35,027 nt of DNA, taken from positions 1 through 35,027 of the IMG/VR virus record IMGVR_UViG_3300016472_000211, one strand, 5' to 3'. The position numbers and the translations under genes are program-made. This stretch comes from a virus (taxonomy: Duplodnaviria; Caudoviricetes). Shown in pieces: positions 34,025 through 35,027 of the stretch. The notes below the pieces were generated by a model, which was not told where the DNA came from, made no database searches, and saw nothing but the letters and a program-made list of their open reading frames with translations. Each line of letters opens with the position of its first letter. The stretch's first letter is position 1.

Positions 34025-34398
34025 GTCCTCCTGCGTTGTAGACGCCCGGCGCCATGCCGAGCGGACATCAATCTGTTGGCCATCATCAGGCGCCGCATCA
34101 CGACGCGACGGGTTGCCCCGTTTCGGCCTGTTACGCCGACGTATGCGCCCATCTCGCCAGAGAGTTCGATGTCGCCGAGCGAACCGAACACCTCGGCCAG
34201 CGCCTCATTGAGCAGCTCGCCGCTGCCTGCAACATAGAATTCCGCAGTCTCGACGGAAACAAGGTGGTGCACGCCAGCAGCGCGCTCGACCGCGCAATGC
34301 CGGATAACAGCGTGCGGGAAGGTGGAGCGCAGGGAGTCGAGCCCTGCCTGCTCGGACTTGCTGATGGGGCTGAGGTCGGACATCTTGGGGAAGTTCAT
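34021..34398 (-). CDS. Hypothetical protein whose reading frame runs through HHR4
   Basis: AAGGAG RBS. The frame continues through 34128-34078 to an ATGA overlap at 34021-34024. Confidence 0.6.
   Translation of the reverse strand: MNFPKMSDLSPISKSEQAGLDSLRSTFPHAVIRHCAVERAAGVHHLVSVETAEFYVAGSGELLNEALAEVFGSLGDIELSGEMGAYVGVTGRNGATRRVVMRRLMMANRLMSARHGAGRLQRRRT
34078..34128 (-). ncRNA. Hammerhead ribozyme, type II (HHR4)
   Basis: 57 of 58 nt identical to HHR3 (34077-34134 vs 33105-33162). The single change turns a stem I C-G pair into U.G. Cut after C at 34107. Confidence 0.85.
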
Positions 34399-34416
34399 CT
34401 GGGCTCCTTTGTTCTG

Positions 34417-34484
34417 GGCGCTTCGTGCGCCGTTCATGAACAAAGAATATCAGCGACCCCGGCAGAAGACAACAATAACTTGTC
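34417..34484 (-). promoter_or_regulatory. Promoter cassette A: operator, sigma70 promoter, leader hairpin
   Basis: GACAA-N7-TTGTC (34468-34484); TTGTCT (34472-67), 17 nt, TATTCT (34449-44); hairpin GGCGC-ACGAA-GCGCC (34431-17). Confidence 0.75.
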
Positions 34485-35027
34485 ATGCCGATGTCGATTT
34501 CTCTGCGCCCACGAACGGCCGGCCCGTGATGCTGCCTGGCTGCACATGACGACCGACGGGCCAGATGGATTGCGCCGTGCACTCGGAGGCGAACCCGCTC
34601 CGAGGAGCGCATGACCTGTCCCGGCTGCCGCTACGCAGTCGCCGTGCCGGCCGCTCGCACGACACCAGGACTCCGCTGCGGACAGTCGTCCGCTCCGTCG
34701 TAGTCGCTCGGATGGATTGGCCCTGCGGCAGCGGAGTACCGGCCGCCACCCAGCGTTCGAATGCAGCCCGCGCCACCGCCCGATAGACGCGAGCGTCCCG
34801 GTACTGATTGTTCCACCTGTCCGACCTGGCAATCTTGATGGTCACCTGGCCGGGGCTGAGCGGCGAGTATCTGCAGATGTGCGAGCCGGTGCTGTCGAGC
34901 TCCAGGCCGGTCCTGGCTGCATGCCACTCGACCGCCAGCCGGTATGCGGCCGAGTACGCAATATCCAGCTGCCTGCATAGCGCGTCGAGCCGCGCAAACT
35001 CATCCGACGACGTCCGCATCTTCCACC
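34483..35027 (-). CDS. Ribbon-helix-helix-like DNA-binding protein (5' end outside the window or at 1-13)
   Basis: WKMRTSSDEFARLDALCRQLDIAYSAAYRLAV fits strand-helix-turn-helix; the frame is open to the window edge. Confidence 0.5.
   Translation of the reverse strand, partial: WKMRTSSDEFARLDALCRQLDIAYSAAYRLAVEWHAARTGLELDSTGSHICRYSPLSPGQVTIKIARSDRWNNQYRDARVYRAVARAAFERWVAAGTPLPQGQSIRATTTERTTVRSGVLVSCERPARRLRSGSRDRSCAPRSGFASECTAQSIWPVGRHVQPGSITGRPFVGAEKSTSA

Overview
This window looks like a complete, circularly permuted, high-GC tailed-phage genome of about 35 kb, probably siphovirus-like. A divergent promoter region at about 1.84-1.93 kb drives a short + strand recombination operon (YqaJ-type exonuclease, RecT-type annealase, small genes; 1979-5793). 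Everything else is on the - strand. From the switch it runs HTH regulator, replication initiator with internal iterons and DnaC-like loader, then across the window ends into an RHH-like gene, two duplicated promoter cassettes and small early genes. It continues with a RecU-like resolvase, SleB-like hydrolase, TerS/TerL, portal, Mu-I-like protease/scaffold, decoration and major capsid, head-tail genes, tail tube, frameshifted tail chaperones, tape measure, tail proteins, an M15 peptidase endolysin, a collagen-like fibre and membrane/lysis genes. No integrase was recognised. The main discovery is a set of four intact hammerhead ribozymes, one decayed copy and a tRNA-like minihelix. Two ribozymes are type I on + with a covarying loop-II pseudoknot; two are near-identical type II on -. 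All sit at gene junctions of the early transcription units, just upstream of start codons. Together they suggest a self-cleavage-based system for processing phage early mRNA. All protein calls come from motifs read by eye plus gene order; no database search was run.
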